The notes below the pieces were generated by a model, which did no database searches, was not told the DNA's origin, and saw only the letters and a list, made by a program, of their open reading frames with translations. DNA of 64,000 nucleotides from Octopus bimaculoides (Eukaryota): contig NC_068985.1 of assembly GCF_001194135.2 (NCBI RefSeq), positions 92,784,375 through 92,848,374 of the forward strand, in the 5' to 3' direction. Of this stretch, positions 1-12,633 are shown piece by piece. Both the position numbers and the translations under genes were made by a program. Positions within the stretch are counted from its first letter, which is position 1. Each line of letters opens with the position of its first letter.

Positions 1-837
1 GTTGTTGTGTTGTGCTTTAAGTACTTATTATAAATTTGCATTTAGAAAGGACTCCGAAACATAATCACTGGATGAACCTTAATGAAAGCTCAGTCAGTGC
101 TCAGGGATGCAACCAGTTTAGCAGTAAATGATATTTAAATTTATAACTGTAGAAGGATATTAATTTATTATTTAGATTGGAGTATTGTAATTATAAAATC
201 TTCAGCTTCTTCTATCATAATTGTCAATTAAATGTTCTATCACTTTGAATTCTGTTTCTGAAAATTTGGCATTTTCATTTGGAAATTGAAGGTTTAAAAG
301 CATTACTTGCTATTTAGGTTTGAATAACTAATGTAATGTAAATAAGTCATTGTATGGAACTTCAGCTTTGGGAAGCCTGTCATTGTTAGTGGACAGCTAG
401 CTAGGTTTAATCTCTAAATTTAGCACAGAACCATATGTGCTTCGATAGCTTATGTGATTTTATAGGAGATCAATACTAAAATTTAATAGAAAGTTTCTCT
501 ACCTTATCAAATGGTGAATTATCTGTACTTTGATTTGTTTTGAGTATGAATTGGACTGGTAAGATGAACCAAGAGAGAAAGTTTACTGATTAATTCCAAA
601 GCATCAATCAGATATCTTTCTTTTTATTAATTCCTTATGAAAGTGAAATTTAGATTACTTACTTGTTTTGATATAGAGTCATTCATGATGATCAGACATT
701 TGTTTTTAATTTCCCAAAATTAAATGGAATAATTTTCATTAACATATATATTATAGAATGTGATATATACTTTATCGTTATTAATAAGACTTTGATTAAT
801 TTTTTTAGCTTTTATAAATTTGCTTTTCATCTCATAA

Positions 838-1175
838 GATATAACAGTTCACTGTTGGACAACCTTCTTCATGTTTATTCTTGTCTGCTGCCATTCTTGT
901 ACTTCTCTTTATTTCCTTGATGTATTCTTCACTGTTGTCCTTCTTTCTCCTTTTCTGTCACATCTGCCATAGCTCTTTTTTGCCCATTTGTTGTCCTTTG
1001 TTCTATCAAAATTATCTCTCCAGTTTCACTTTGTTTTCTGTTACTTTTTGAAGTGTATCTCGAATACTTGCCATCTTCTCTTTATATATGTAATTCTATC
1101 TTTCATCAAAATATTCAGCATTCTTCTTTCCATTGCAACTTTGCTACTGTTCCTGCAAATATGTAATGCCATTCG
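838..1175 (-). mobile_element. Decayed RTE-clade LINE 3' end
   Basis: Minus-strand translation with stops gives KVAMERRML..KDRI..DNKWAKK..WQQTR..VVQQ*, resembling the post-RT C-terminus of RTE ORFs (AMERxML..RDR..DNRWTK..AQDR..FVQQW). Recognised by eye. Confidence 0.5.
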
Positions 1176-3455
1176 CATTTATGTTTTGCAATAAAACATG
1201 GCGACAATACCCATTTTTTTTTTTTTTTTGCATATAATTTTCATCAAAAATTTTATAAACCAATATTTATTTTTCTTTGTTGGGATAAACATTATGTGCA
1301 GCAGTATGGAATTCTTAGAAAAATAGATAATCAAATATGCCATCCATCTTATGATGTAATCTTGAAGTTCATGTTTTTCTGTTGATATATGTTTCATTTA
1401 TAAGTGGTTGATAATTTAGAAGATACGATTGAAAAGAATAGAGAATTAATCTCAACTACTTGAGTTTGACACATTTAATTTTTATTTCTCATCTGTATGA
1501 GGTTAAATACTGCTTCACTGTTGCTATTTAAGATGTCTTTCAGAAGTTATTGAAATTTACCCTGAATGGTAGTCTACATTTGATATTTCCTTTGGAAGCT
1601 GTCCAAACTAGTATATTCAGATTTGTTTTACTTAGCAAAAATGCTATCCAATAACAATTGATTAGCTAACCAAGGCATTTCTAAATGTAATTTTACTCTC
1701 AGAGATATCTGAAATGTAATTTAGCTCCTGATATAACTTTATATATTTATTTTATGCATTTATTTATTTATTCATTTATATATTTTCAGATTGATTTAGT
1801 TACTTATTGTTTTAAAATTAACAATTTAATATTTATCCTGCTTTTAGAATTATTTTATAGTTCTATGTATAAAACTATACATAGAACTTGTATAGTTTTG
1901 TAAAGTTTTTTGTATAGTTTTGTATAGTTCTTGTAAAGTTTCGCCCTTCTGTATAACATAAGATACTCATGTGATTTGTGCATTTTTTATAATTTAAACA
2001 ACTAAATATCAAGTATAGCCTTAATATTGTCTGCACATTCTTCTTTTATTAAACTGTAGACTCCAAACTAAAATATAAGCTGGCATTTGTCAAATTGTTT
2101 AAATTCAAACTGTTGTTAGGCATTAAGGTAATACCAATATTATATTTCGGCATCATTATTCAATGGAAGAAAACAATGACAATATACATTTTTGATGCAG
2201 GAAAATAGGAGCTGGAATTCAATATAAAGTCTTGATTGAATTTCACATTAAAAAATTTGCAATATAACTAACCAGAAAATCCTTTTCAGATATTTAGATA
2301 TCAGAATGTCCTGAGAAAGACATTCAATTGTAATTTCTTTGGTATTCTTCCAAAAGTTTTCCATGTATAATGGCTAAGATGGTCAGGGCAGTAGAACAGT
2401 AGCATATGCAGTAAAATCGTTTGGGTGTTTTCCTGTTCTGAGTTCAATGTATGTTAGCATCAGCTTTTCTATATATTTTTGGTTTGTTTTTCTCTTCATT
2501 ATCTGATCCTTCAACACTGTTGTTCTTAATGGGAGTATGTATTTGTCCTTTAATCTATAACATATCGACAGATGACCTTATTTCAGTGTCTTGTTAAAAA
2601 TGGTACACTAGACCATAATTCCTCAAAACATACATCACATAATTTTTCTCAATTTTAAGAAGTTTATTTTAGCTTTATCTGTGTTCCAAGTCTGTTTTAC
2701 TTTCGGGTAACCTTCAAGAAATATTTCATAGGACTTATTTGGTGTCCTTTATATGTATAACATAATTTTTATCCTTGTCTTTGAACTTGCTACAATACAA
2801 ACTAGTGAAGAAACACAAGAGCATTGCAACACATCAAAGTTCACATTGCAATCTCAATGCAAACTGCAAGAAAAATTAAAATTCTGATGAGTTAAACATC
2901 ACATGTAAGACAGTGATATCGTTAGTCTTATCAACATTATTATAACTTTAGAAGATAGGGGTACATTAATTATACCAGCATTTGAATTAAAATTGCTAGT
3001 AGTTTAAGATAATTGCACACAAATGAAGAACTGAAAATGTATAGTGATGTAATTGAGTGAATATATTAAATTTTACTAACTTGTTAGAAGTCATTCATAT
3101 CTTATTTATTATTTTATTTATTTTCTTGCTCACATGTAACACTAGTTCTGCTTTTACCATATCTTAAGCAATCTGGTTTCTCTTTGTTTATTGTGTATCT
3201 AACAAAGAAACACAGTGAATTCTTCAGAACATCCTGTTCATATTACCCGAAACCTTCATGGAAAGTAGCCAGGATTTCTGTCTCTACAATATTCCTTGTT
3301 CATCTAAACTTATGGAACTTCTTGAATCTTTATATTATGGCAGCAGAGAAAATTATGATGTCAGTTGTTTTCACCATTTTCCTCTCTATCTCTCTCTCCT
3401 TCCCTCCTTTTCCAGCTGGGGTGGCCATGTATCACTTCTACTACAAGAGACAACC

Positions 3456-3557
3456 TTATTTACATTATTTACATTTGACTGATGTTTGTCCTCATCTTGT
3501 TTGTTGTTAACACAACATTTCGGCTGATATACTTACCACACAGCCACTCCTGCGCCT
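3456..3557 (-). mobile_element. Chimeric fragment: family-1 SINE 5' head fused to family-2 3' end
   Basis: Minus strand reads aggcgcaggagtggctgtgtggtaa (family-1 head, cf. 48271) then gtatatcagccgaaatgttgtgttaacaacaaacaagatgagg...aaatgtaaataatgtaaataa (family-2 tail, cf. 63378-63458). Confidence 0.85.
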
Positions 3558-4224
3558 ATGCTGTACATAAACAAGAAACAAAAAGTAAATGTATGACATA
3601 ATTTCAAAACTGTGGATCATCATATTGTAAACGAAACTCCTTCAATGTACAACAACAACATATTAATTGGAATACACCATTGAAATCACATTAAAGACTG
3701 CTTCAAATCCTAGGGTTAATTGAAATTAATCGTTTTAGGGTACTTTTAATTAAATGACAGGCTTAAAGTTTGAAGAGTTCATCATTTGATTGATCATGCA
3801 TGATAATTTGAGGCTTCACGAGTTGAAATTGTCAAGATAACTCAATAAAGAAAGTAACTTGTTGTTCAATACAGGAGTATTAAATAGCTGTGTTCCACCC
3901 TCTTCCGTACAATACTAATGGGCGAAGTCAAAACTTTGCTTGTTTAACTTAGTTATTAACCTATTATTAAATTCTGTCTCACCATTACAGTTGTGTTAAT
4001 AATGTTTAGTACGATTTAATATATGACCCAACAAAGTTATAACTCATATGATTCTAAACATATGTGAACAAGATAGTCAATATAGATTCAATGTTATACT
4101 TCTCAATACTTGATATAGTATTCTTTTGTCTCCAGTTAAATACTTTCAAAAGTCTTATTTTCTATGCCCAGACTTAGTGTCTTCTCTTTTAAATCCAAAA
4201 GTAATAAAAGCCTTATATAAGAAA

Positions 4225-4650
4225 CTATAATCTTTTTTGTATGATGCCATTTTCTATAGGGTTCAGGCCTGGAGATGATTGTAGCCATTTACCCAGTAAA
4301 TTAAAGTCACTAGCTCTTAATATCTGAGAGCATTTTGTAGAATTGCATGGTGCACTATTCTTTAGGAAAAGAGTGAAACCACGTGTGTAGATTACTTCAG
4401 GATATCCAGGTAGATTCTTGAACTTATGATCATACTCAAAAGCATCAAAACACAGCCACTTCTCTTTCCTGAAATAATCCACTTCTCACAGCATAATGAA
4501 TGGGTGTTGCTTAACTCTTGCAAGTGTACAGTATTGATTGAAACTTCAGTTTGGTGGAAGAAAGTTGCATTAGATGCAAATTGCTTAATGAATCTTTCAT
4601 CAGTTAACAGTCGTCCATAGTCCAATTTTTAACGATCCCTTCAAAATTGC
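4225..4650 (-). mobile_element. Tc1-family transposase remnant (frameshifted)
   Basis: Minus-strand frames give KNWTMDD / LTDERF (cf. WT..DW..FSDESRF), KNSAPCNST (cf. QDNAPCH) and WLQSSPGLNPIEN (cf. WPxxSPDLNPIEN) in the expected order. No TIRs recognised. Confidence 0.75.
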
Positions 4651-5500
4651 AGAATACTCTACATGTATATATGTATTGAGTGATGTCCTGTTTTTTGCTT
4701 ACCAGATGTCTTTTCAATTAGATTAAAGTCTTTCTCCAATTGATCTTGTCTTAGTTGAGCATTTAACTGTAACTAGCCATAGTGTTTGTATAGCACAACT
4801 AAATGCAGCACAAAGCTAACATGGATACAATACAGACGGAAAATAATATGATCACTTTGAAGATTTGTGGTGACATGAGAGTCTGTCTGATCTGTCAATT
4901 GATTTATTTTCATCTAGATGACATAATTGAGACAGAAGTTTGTGGGTAGCATCATAAGATACAATTATCTTATTATGGACTTATTTGAACTAGTATCCTT
5001 ATCTTGGTTGTTATAGCTACTGTCTTGTGGCCAAATGCAGTAATGTTCGTGGAATTTTGAACCAAGGTGTTTATTTAATTCATTGGAATAAATTGTTCTC
5101 ATTTCATTGTCCATTCCGAGGATATTCTCCTTATTCCACGACTAGTTTGCTTTGCTCCAACCAGTGTGTATCTGGCTTGGCTGACTCACCAATTGACATC
5201 ATACCCACTAGATAACTAATCTATTTTACTTAACAAAACACCTTATATTCACTACACCATGCAAGGGGGATAGTAAATGTATGAATCAGTTATTCTAGAC
5301 AATGGGAAAGTGACGAATGTTGTAGTAATTTCCTTAGCTAATAGGTGTGAGGTCAATCCCTGTATCAGTCAAATTGTAAGTACTAGTTGAAGTACATCAT
5401 TTACATCTGATGTAAACAATTTGAATCTGTGTTTTAAATGATAGTTCCATAGATTTATGATCCCTTTTATCTCGAATGGCAAAATATTTTGTCGTTCATA

Positions 5501-5913
5501 TATCCAGCCCACTCAAAAGTACCTTGGATCGTAGGGCGACATGCCATGCTTGAGGAGACTTATTGAGTCAAGTACATCAACATCAACATCAAAATCAAAT
5601 CAACTGGAAATTGTAGTTGTGACCCCTGTGCCGGTAGCATGTAAAAAGCACCATCCGAACGTGGCCGATGCCAGTGCCACTTTGACTGGCTTCTGTGCCG
5701 GTGGCATGTAAAAAGCACCATCCAATCATGGTTGATGCCAGCTCCTCTGGCCCCTGTGCCTGTGGTACGTAAAAAGCACCCACTACACTCTCGGAGTAGT
5801 TGGCATTAGGAAGAGCATTCAGCTATAGAAACACTGCCAGATCAGATTGGGGCGTAGTGAAACCATTCAACCCATGCCAGCATGGAAAACGGACGTTAAA
5901 TGATGATGATGAT
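5501..5913 (+). mobile_element. Non-autonomous RTE-tailed short retroelement with triplicated internal unit
   Basis: Three units of (ccc)ctgtgccggtggcatgtaaaaagcacc at about 5623, 5691 and 5751, then ttggcattaggaagagcattcagc and the tail cccatgccagcatggaaaacggacgttaaa(tga)n. The same modules recur at 18.6, 23.1, 46.2, 51.4 and 53.8 kb. Confidence 0.8.
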
Positions 5914-7439
5914 ATCATAACTTGATCCATCTTGACTGAGGGAGTTGAAGGAAAGAAAACATTGGAAGCGAGTTTGGAAAGAATGATGACATGGAGGGAG
6001 ATGAAAACCAAAGAGCTTTACAGGTTAAAGATGACTCGATTTCCTTGGGTCTGTGGGTTTCATTTGCGAGTTAGAGATTGTTAGGTCTAGGTTTAGTTAC
6101 AACACCTCCACAATAGTTCTAACCAGAATAAACTGAAATTATAGTTCAGCTAGCTACTTAATTTGTCCACAACCTACTTCAAATGCTTTGCAGATAACAT
6201 TCTTAGTGATAACCCTGTATTACATTTTGAAGATTGCTTTCAAAACTTCCACTACTTGATGTATATTTTCATGTTCAAAGTGAATCTGTTACTAGTTTTT
6301 TGGCTGTGTAGCATTTTTAACGCATGCTTTGTTGAGTAAGAAAAATAAAAATTGTTTGTATTTTGGTGTAAGAAAACATGATTGTTGAAAAATATCTATC
6401 AATAGAAATATATGGATAGATATTTGTTTTACTAATTTTCTTATTCATAAAGTAATTTTTCTTCCTTGAAGACATTCAAAAAATTTAATATAAATTCCAA
6501 GAAATCAGTCTTTGAAATATTATTAAATTACATACATGGATGTAAATAATTAAGTAAATACAATGTAAAACGAGTAAGAGCATGTGAGAATATAAAAGCA
6601 GGTAAAAGTCTGGCAGCTTATTTATTTTCTAAAGATGTAGTTGCAACTTTCTGCTGCATTGGTGAACTTTCATGTTCCAGCAGTGTGTGCTGTGTTGCCT
6701 TTCGTGGGTGTAGAATTGAGTTTGTTTATACTTGAGATGTTTTTCTTTTCTTTTGGGTGTTCATTTTGTTTCTGGTGTTATGGAACTCCTCTGTTTTGTT
6801 TTCATATGGAATATGGCTTTATTTTAATGGATGTTGTGCTTCATAAGTATTGTGGATGGTGAGTTCTAGTATCAGTTAGTGAATGTGGAGGAGTGTGTGC
6901 TATTATGTTCTGTTCTGTTGAGTGTTGATTGTGTTGTGTAGGTTGTTATTTTATTGTGTTATGATTGTATGTATGTATCTGTTGTGTGAATTGTGCTTTT
7001 GAATTGATATTGTCTTGTATTAAATGAAAAATAACCCTGCCAAGGGTTATTTTTCTGACAGTGTATAGAGGTCTTAACTCTGGTATCATGTTGATGATAA
7101 TTCATTTTCCTTAATAATAAAATGTGACTGGAGAAAGAATGGAATAGGCGGGACCAGAGGAGCCATGATTGGTGTAGTTTTTATTTTAATGCTAAACAAA
7201 GTTCTTATTAAGACTGTCATATTTTGATTTTCCATCAAATGCTTTTATCAGAACAGAATCCTGATGTGTGTCAGATCACATCTATTTTCTTTCTTGCTTT
7301 CATTATTATATATCTAAGAAGTTTTCCTTGGTTTTCTTGTTTCTCTGGACAGGCATGCACTAGATCATTGTAGCCATATTGTTTTAATGTACAGATTTGG
7401 TACATGCTTACACTACACTTCAGCGTAATATCATAGGAT

Positions 7440-8002
7440 CATGTTGGTGGTAGTGTGTGAAATAAATGTTGCAGAGCTGTGTAGTGGATAGCCATGATGG
7501 GATTGGAAGTAAGAAAGATTAAGAGTGTTTTGGGTGTCTGTGGAAGTCATGAATATGAGTTGGGATAAGGATACAAAGATTTTTGTTTTTTTAAATTGCT
7601 TAAGGTTCTTGTCTGCATCATTTCATCATCATTAGTATAAGGACAAGAGCTAAAAAGAGCTACAATTATTGAAGTCATCAAGAATAACTTCAGAATGGTC
7701 CTTGATGCAGGGAAAAAATAGCTGGCAGAATTTCTGGTGCTTGGAGGCATTTGGGGAGTGGTGTGGAAGAATTTAGAAGAGTGGGAAGAGGAGTCTTTCA
7801 GCCAGTGTAATTGAAAGTATGTTGCTGATATTTGAATGAGTGGCAGGCATAGCAGTATCTGCATATTGTCAGACATTATCTTTAAAAGGGTAACTTGGAC
7901 AGCAGAAATTGACAAAGGTGGGAGTTGAGACATTTGTGTCTTAAGGACACATAGAATGCTTGTTTTGCATAATAGTAAGAAGTGGTCTATGGAGTTGTTC
8001 AT
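7440..8002 (-). mobile_element. Decayed LINE apurinic-endonuclease region
   Basis: Minus-strand frames contain VILDDFN (cf. IxGDFN) followed by TLNL/FLTSNP (cf. TLDLFLTSNP). The listed 151-aa ORF overlaps this but is in a different frame. Confidence 0.45.
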
Positions 8003-9810
8003 GTATTGCTCAAGCAGGAGTAATTTATCATTATTAACACTTTTGTCATATTTTTAACTGTTGCATGTGAGTTTTTGTTAATCTCCAAGGTATCTGCAAC
8101 ATTGGTTTCTGAAATGAGAATTCTTTGTATGCCACTACATCAGTTATTCTCTGCTGGGGAATTTATTCTGATGTTTTTAATTCTATTTTAGTGTTTCATC
8201 TATATAGTGCATGGGGTGTGTTTAATGTCACTGTATTTGTTTGAATAATTTACTTTGTTTTTCCTCCTTATTGAAAATCTGTAGACACTTATTAAAATAA
8301 TTAGAGAACTGTGCCACTATATTTGATTTAGTGTCTAATACATGCTGCTGCAATCTTCAATTATATGTCAGATCATTACAGTTAAACAATCTAAAGCAGT
8401 ACAGTTATTTTTAGATGGGTGAATATTTATGACGTCCATTCAAATATGAATCGAATATTGTTGTAATAAATCAATGGTACATTAGTAAAGATCTTCAGAT
8501 CATGCTATTCTGAATGACTACTATTGATGCTCCTTATTTGATCCATAGCTAGGAGATTATCATGTTTGAAATTTCTTGGAAAATTGATACATCGCTAAGA
8601 CAAACTTTTGCTTAAGTAGGATAATCTGCTCTAAATTTAAACATATGTTTCCAAATGTGCTCACACATACTATGACATTCCTATTTGAAGAGAATTGCAG
8701 ATTAGCAGATTTGATTTAAGTTACAGTTTATAGGGCTCTCATTCTGAGCCAGAATTGAAAGAGAGCTTTGTAGTTTTGTTGCTGATAATATTGTCTCTGA
8801 AGATATATTTGTTCTCAGATACCGCTCTGGATGATATAGTTAGTGTTTTATTCTCAAAAACATTTAAATAAAATTACTTGAGGCCAGCTTCATGATAGTA
8901 TGGAAGGTGGACATTAAACAATGATGATGATGATAATGAATATATATTCATAAGTTGTGTATATGAGGATCAGTTTATGAATATGAAATTCATCGGGGTA
9001 AAATAATTTAAAATATCAGATAGATGGAAGAGCATTGTAGAAAATGAAGGAGTTTATTTTAGATGAAAAAAGAACTTTATCTTAATTTTGTAAAATAAAG
9101 AAAGTATAAAAGAACTGCATTATTTATGGGATGACCAAATATATCATCATTTTTGTTTTCTTTCTCAAACTTGCTTGGATTAGATACGAGAACCTTTCAA
9201 TCAATGACATCTAAACCACTCCTCTCAAATTTACTGACCTTGTGCCTAAATTACAAACAGATATGTAAGTATACTCATAATGTATACATGCTTATGTACA
9301 TACGCACACACACGTTCCCAAGATATGAACTTCACAAGCTCCAAATTTTTCAGAAATTGGAATAAGTCTCTAGTTTCTATATGCAAGAGTAAGTGCTATG
9401 CTAAATATACAAGAAATATATTCTGTTCAGATATCTTTGGTATATCATCATGGTAGTATCCTAATGTCATTTGTTTGGTTAATTTGGTGTGGTGCAAACT
9501 ATGAGAGGGCTTCATTAGGTTATTGCGTGACACCATTGAGGTAGTTTATACTTAATACACAACTGAATACAAAAGAGAAGTCAGATCTCATTGATTGTAT
9601 CTTTACTGTCATTATTGAAGAAATATCATTGGCTGCTAAAGACATGTTCAGGTTATAAATTAACTTATGATTTCCAAGGACTGCTATCACAATTTAAATA
9701 CCTTTTTTCGTTTATTATTGGAATTCTGCTAATGTCCTTTTAAAGTTTACAGAAATAAGGAAAAGAAAAAAAAATGTAGGTTTGGAATTTTTTCCAGTAG
9801 ATTTCAAGGA

Positions 9811-10457
9811 TACTCTTTTACTCTTTTACTTGTTTCAGTCATTTGACTGCGGCCATGCTGGAGCACCGCCTTTAGTCGAGAAATTCGACCCCAGGACTTA
9901 TTCATTGTAAGCCTAGTACTTATTCTATCAGTCACTTTTTGCCGAACCGCTAAGTTACGGTGACGTAANNNNNNNNNNNNNNNNNNNNNNNNNNNNNNNN
10001 NNNNNNNNNNNNNNNNNNNNNNNNNNNNNNNNNNNNNNNNNNNNNNNNNNNNNNNNNNNNNNNNNNNNNNNNNNNNNNNNNNNNNNNNNNNNNNNNNNNN
10101 NNNNNNNNNNNNNNNNNNNNNNNNNNNNNNNNNNNNNNNNNNNNNNNNNNNNNNNNNNNNNNNNNNNNNNNNNNNNNNNNNNNNNNNNNNNNNNNNNNNN
10201 NNNNNNNNNNNNNNNNNNNNNNNNNNNNNNNNNNNNNNNNNNNNNNNNNNNNNNNNNNNNNNNNNNNNNNNNNNNNNNNNNNNNNNATATACATACATAT
10301 ATACAACAGGCTTCTTTCAGTTTCCATCTACCAAATCCACTCACAAGGCTTTGGTCGGCCCGAGGCTATAGTAGAAGACACCTGCCCAAGGTGCCATGCA
10401 GTGGGACTGAACCCGGAACCATGTGGTTGGTAAGCAAGCTACTTACCACACAGCCAT
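9811..10457 (-). mobile_element. tRNA-derived SINE, family 1 (gap in central microsatellite)
   Basis: Near-identical to the reverse complement of the full copy at 48271-48680: A-box tggctgtgtgg, B-box ggttcagtcc, (gtaaaaga)n tail. Confidence 0.92.
9969..10286. other. Assembly gap (N)
   Basis: Run of N. Confidence 1.
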
Positions 10458-10919
10458 GTAATATTTTATGGAAATATTTACAGAAATGACAGTGACATAA
10501 GAAGCAGTTGTTTTTACCACCATATATTATAGAATACATTATAAAATTCATTACAAAAAAATTGTCTTTTGTATATACAGTTTGATATCGTGAAGTTATT
10601 GAATTTCAGTCTGAAGTTAACTTTTGTTTGGAGCAGTTTGTAAATATATCTGGACGATATGTTGTAATACACATTTCATTGCTATCAAGATTAGGCCATC
10701 TGATAGGGTTATTTAAAAAAAAAATTTATTATATGTTTTATCCTCAGAGTTGTCATTGGTCATTGTGCTAAACTGCACATTTGGTTAATTAGTTGAATTT
10801 TTATGTGCAAAGTCCTTTCTGATAATCAACTGATACAGTGGGCAAGTTGTAATTTTTTGCAGACTGTGCACTCTTTCTTTTGCAAGAATAAAGGTATTAT
10901 TTGCTCTTAACCATTTTGA

Positions 10920-11200
10920 AATAATAATAATGAAATTATTGTGTATAGTGCTCAGGTGCACTACAACTCATCAAAGGTGCATGTACAGCAAATAGAATTA
11001 TGTACAAAAGTCAGGAAAGTGAACAGTGTATGAGTCACGATAGACATGTGTGCATGCATATGGAGGTGGCAATATCAGGTGTAGTGTTGGTGAATTTCAA
11101 GAAGCATGGAGATTCTAAAGGATGCAATCTTGGTTGCTACTCTTGTAGAAAGGTATCTTTCACTGCAGCCTGCTGATCCACCCCCTCATTAGATTAATTA
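10920..11200 (-). mobile_element. Probable LINE 3' end remnant with (TTA)n tail
   Basis: Higher-complexity segment ending on the minus strand in ttattattatt. Family not assigned. Confidence 0.3.
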
Positions 11201-12044
11201 TAGTTTTGTTTAAGACAACACATTATGCTTTATATATTAATTTGATAAATTGAAATAAGCTTTATTTTTAATATTTTAAAAATAAAATCAACATATGAAC
11301 AATTTTTGAGTTCTTTTTGAAAATAATGTAAACTTATGTTGATTCCTTCATTTAAAAAGACAGTTGTATTTTTAAAATAATCAGACCACATCAATCTTTC
11401 TCACGCGCACACATGCATGCGTGTGTATGTATATAATGATATTCTTATTGGAAATATTTTATCTTTTATGTATTTTGTTTAATGTTATTGTTGGAGCTTC
11501 TTTCTACCGTTATATTTTTATTCATACTTCATCAGTTTAAAAAATTTTTTTTTTATTTTCTGACCTATGGAGATATACTTGAACTTGTCAATACAGTTTT
11601 TAATGTTACTTTTAGTGATAAGTATTTACCTGACTACAAATTTTTACTGAAGTAATTTGCTTCTGGAGATTTATTTAAATTTTATTCAAGATTACAACTA
11701 AGAAATGAAACAAATTAATAATTTATGTACTCTTCATATTCCTAGCATTTTCTGTTCATAGCAATCTCTTTCAGCATACCCACACTTAGAGATTTTCACC
11801 ACGTATAAGAAATTTTACTTCATTTTTATTCCCAATTCACATATTTTCTTGCCACTTTTCATATTACTGATATCAATTTATCAGAGGTTTTGTTGCCGAT
11901 ATTGTACCCTAGAGATTTATGTGAATCTTTCTTAAATGCTTGCTTATATAATTCAGGCAACTTGTTTTAAATAGCTGGTAATGTAGCTGCAGTGGATATT
12001 TTGTTGTTTTAATATAGCTTCGTTTATACTCGCAACACATGCAT

Positions 12045-12079
<35 letters not shown>

Positions 12080-12092
12080 TGCACACACACAC
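12045..12092. repeat. (CA)n microsatellite
   Basis: Directly visible. Confidence 0.95.
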
Positions 12093-12182
12093 AGCTGATC
12101 GTGTAGCAAAATGATGCATTTAACCTTTTACTGAATTCACATCTGTATTTCTTGAATTAAAATATTTAGTTCAGATAGGTGC

Positions 12183-12238
12183 AGTAGCTTGCTTACCTGC
12201 CACATGGTTCCAGGTTCAGTCCCACTGTGTGGCACCTT
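12183..12238 (+). mobile_element. Family-1 SINE 5' head fragment
   Basis: agtagcttgcttacctgccacatggttccaggttcagtcccactgtgtggcacctt matches the head of the 48271 copy. Confidence 0.8.
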
Positions 12239-12246
12239 TTACTCTT

Positions 12247-12400
12247 TGTTGTGTCGACGTTCCCAGGCGAAGAAGTAGGATCTCCCAAGACATATAAATA
12301 GAGGTAGTCTGGCCATGGTAGGAGTGTTGAGTAGCATTTGAGTAGCAGTTGAGTAGAGATCATCCAAAGGTACTAGATAGCAGTAGCTTGAGACATAACA
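12247..12400 (+). mobile_element. Solo-LTR-like insertion (154 bp)
   Basis: TG...CA termini with 9-bp inverted ends (tgttgtgtc / gacataaca, 1 mismatch), flanked by ctctt / gtctt (4-5 bp TSD), internal TATA-like catataaata, inserted in a SINE tail. Confidence 0.65.
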
Positions 12401-12633
12401 GTCTTTTACTTGTTTTAGTCATTTGACTGCAACCATGCTAGAGCACTGCCTTTAGTCAAACAAATTGACCCCAGGACTTATTCTTTGTGAGCTTAGTTCT
12501 TATTGTATTGGTCTCTTTTGCCAAACTGCTAAGTTACAGAAACAAACACACCAGCATTGGTTGTTAAACAATGGTGGGGGGTGGACAGACACAAACACAC
12601 ACATATGAAAAGATGGGCTCCTGTACAGCTTCC
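12401..12633 (-). mobile_element. Family-1 SINE 3' half
   Basis: cttttacttgttttagtcatttgactgc... matches 9822 onward. Confidence 0.85.

Noticed and set aside
5623-5782. Regularly spaced direct repeats resembling a CRISPR array
   Set aside because: Eukaryotic retroelement context, spacers related to each other, no cas genes.
9804-10344. 125-164 aa ORFs
   Set aside because: They span N gaps within SINEs; the same applies to 52714-53179 and 56541-56827.
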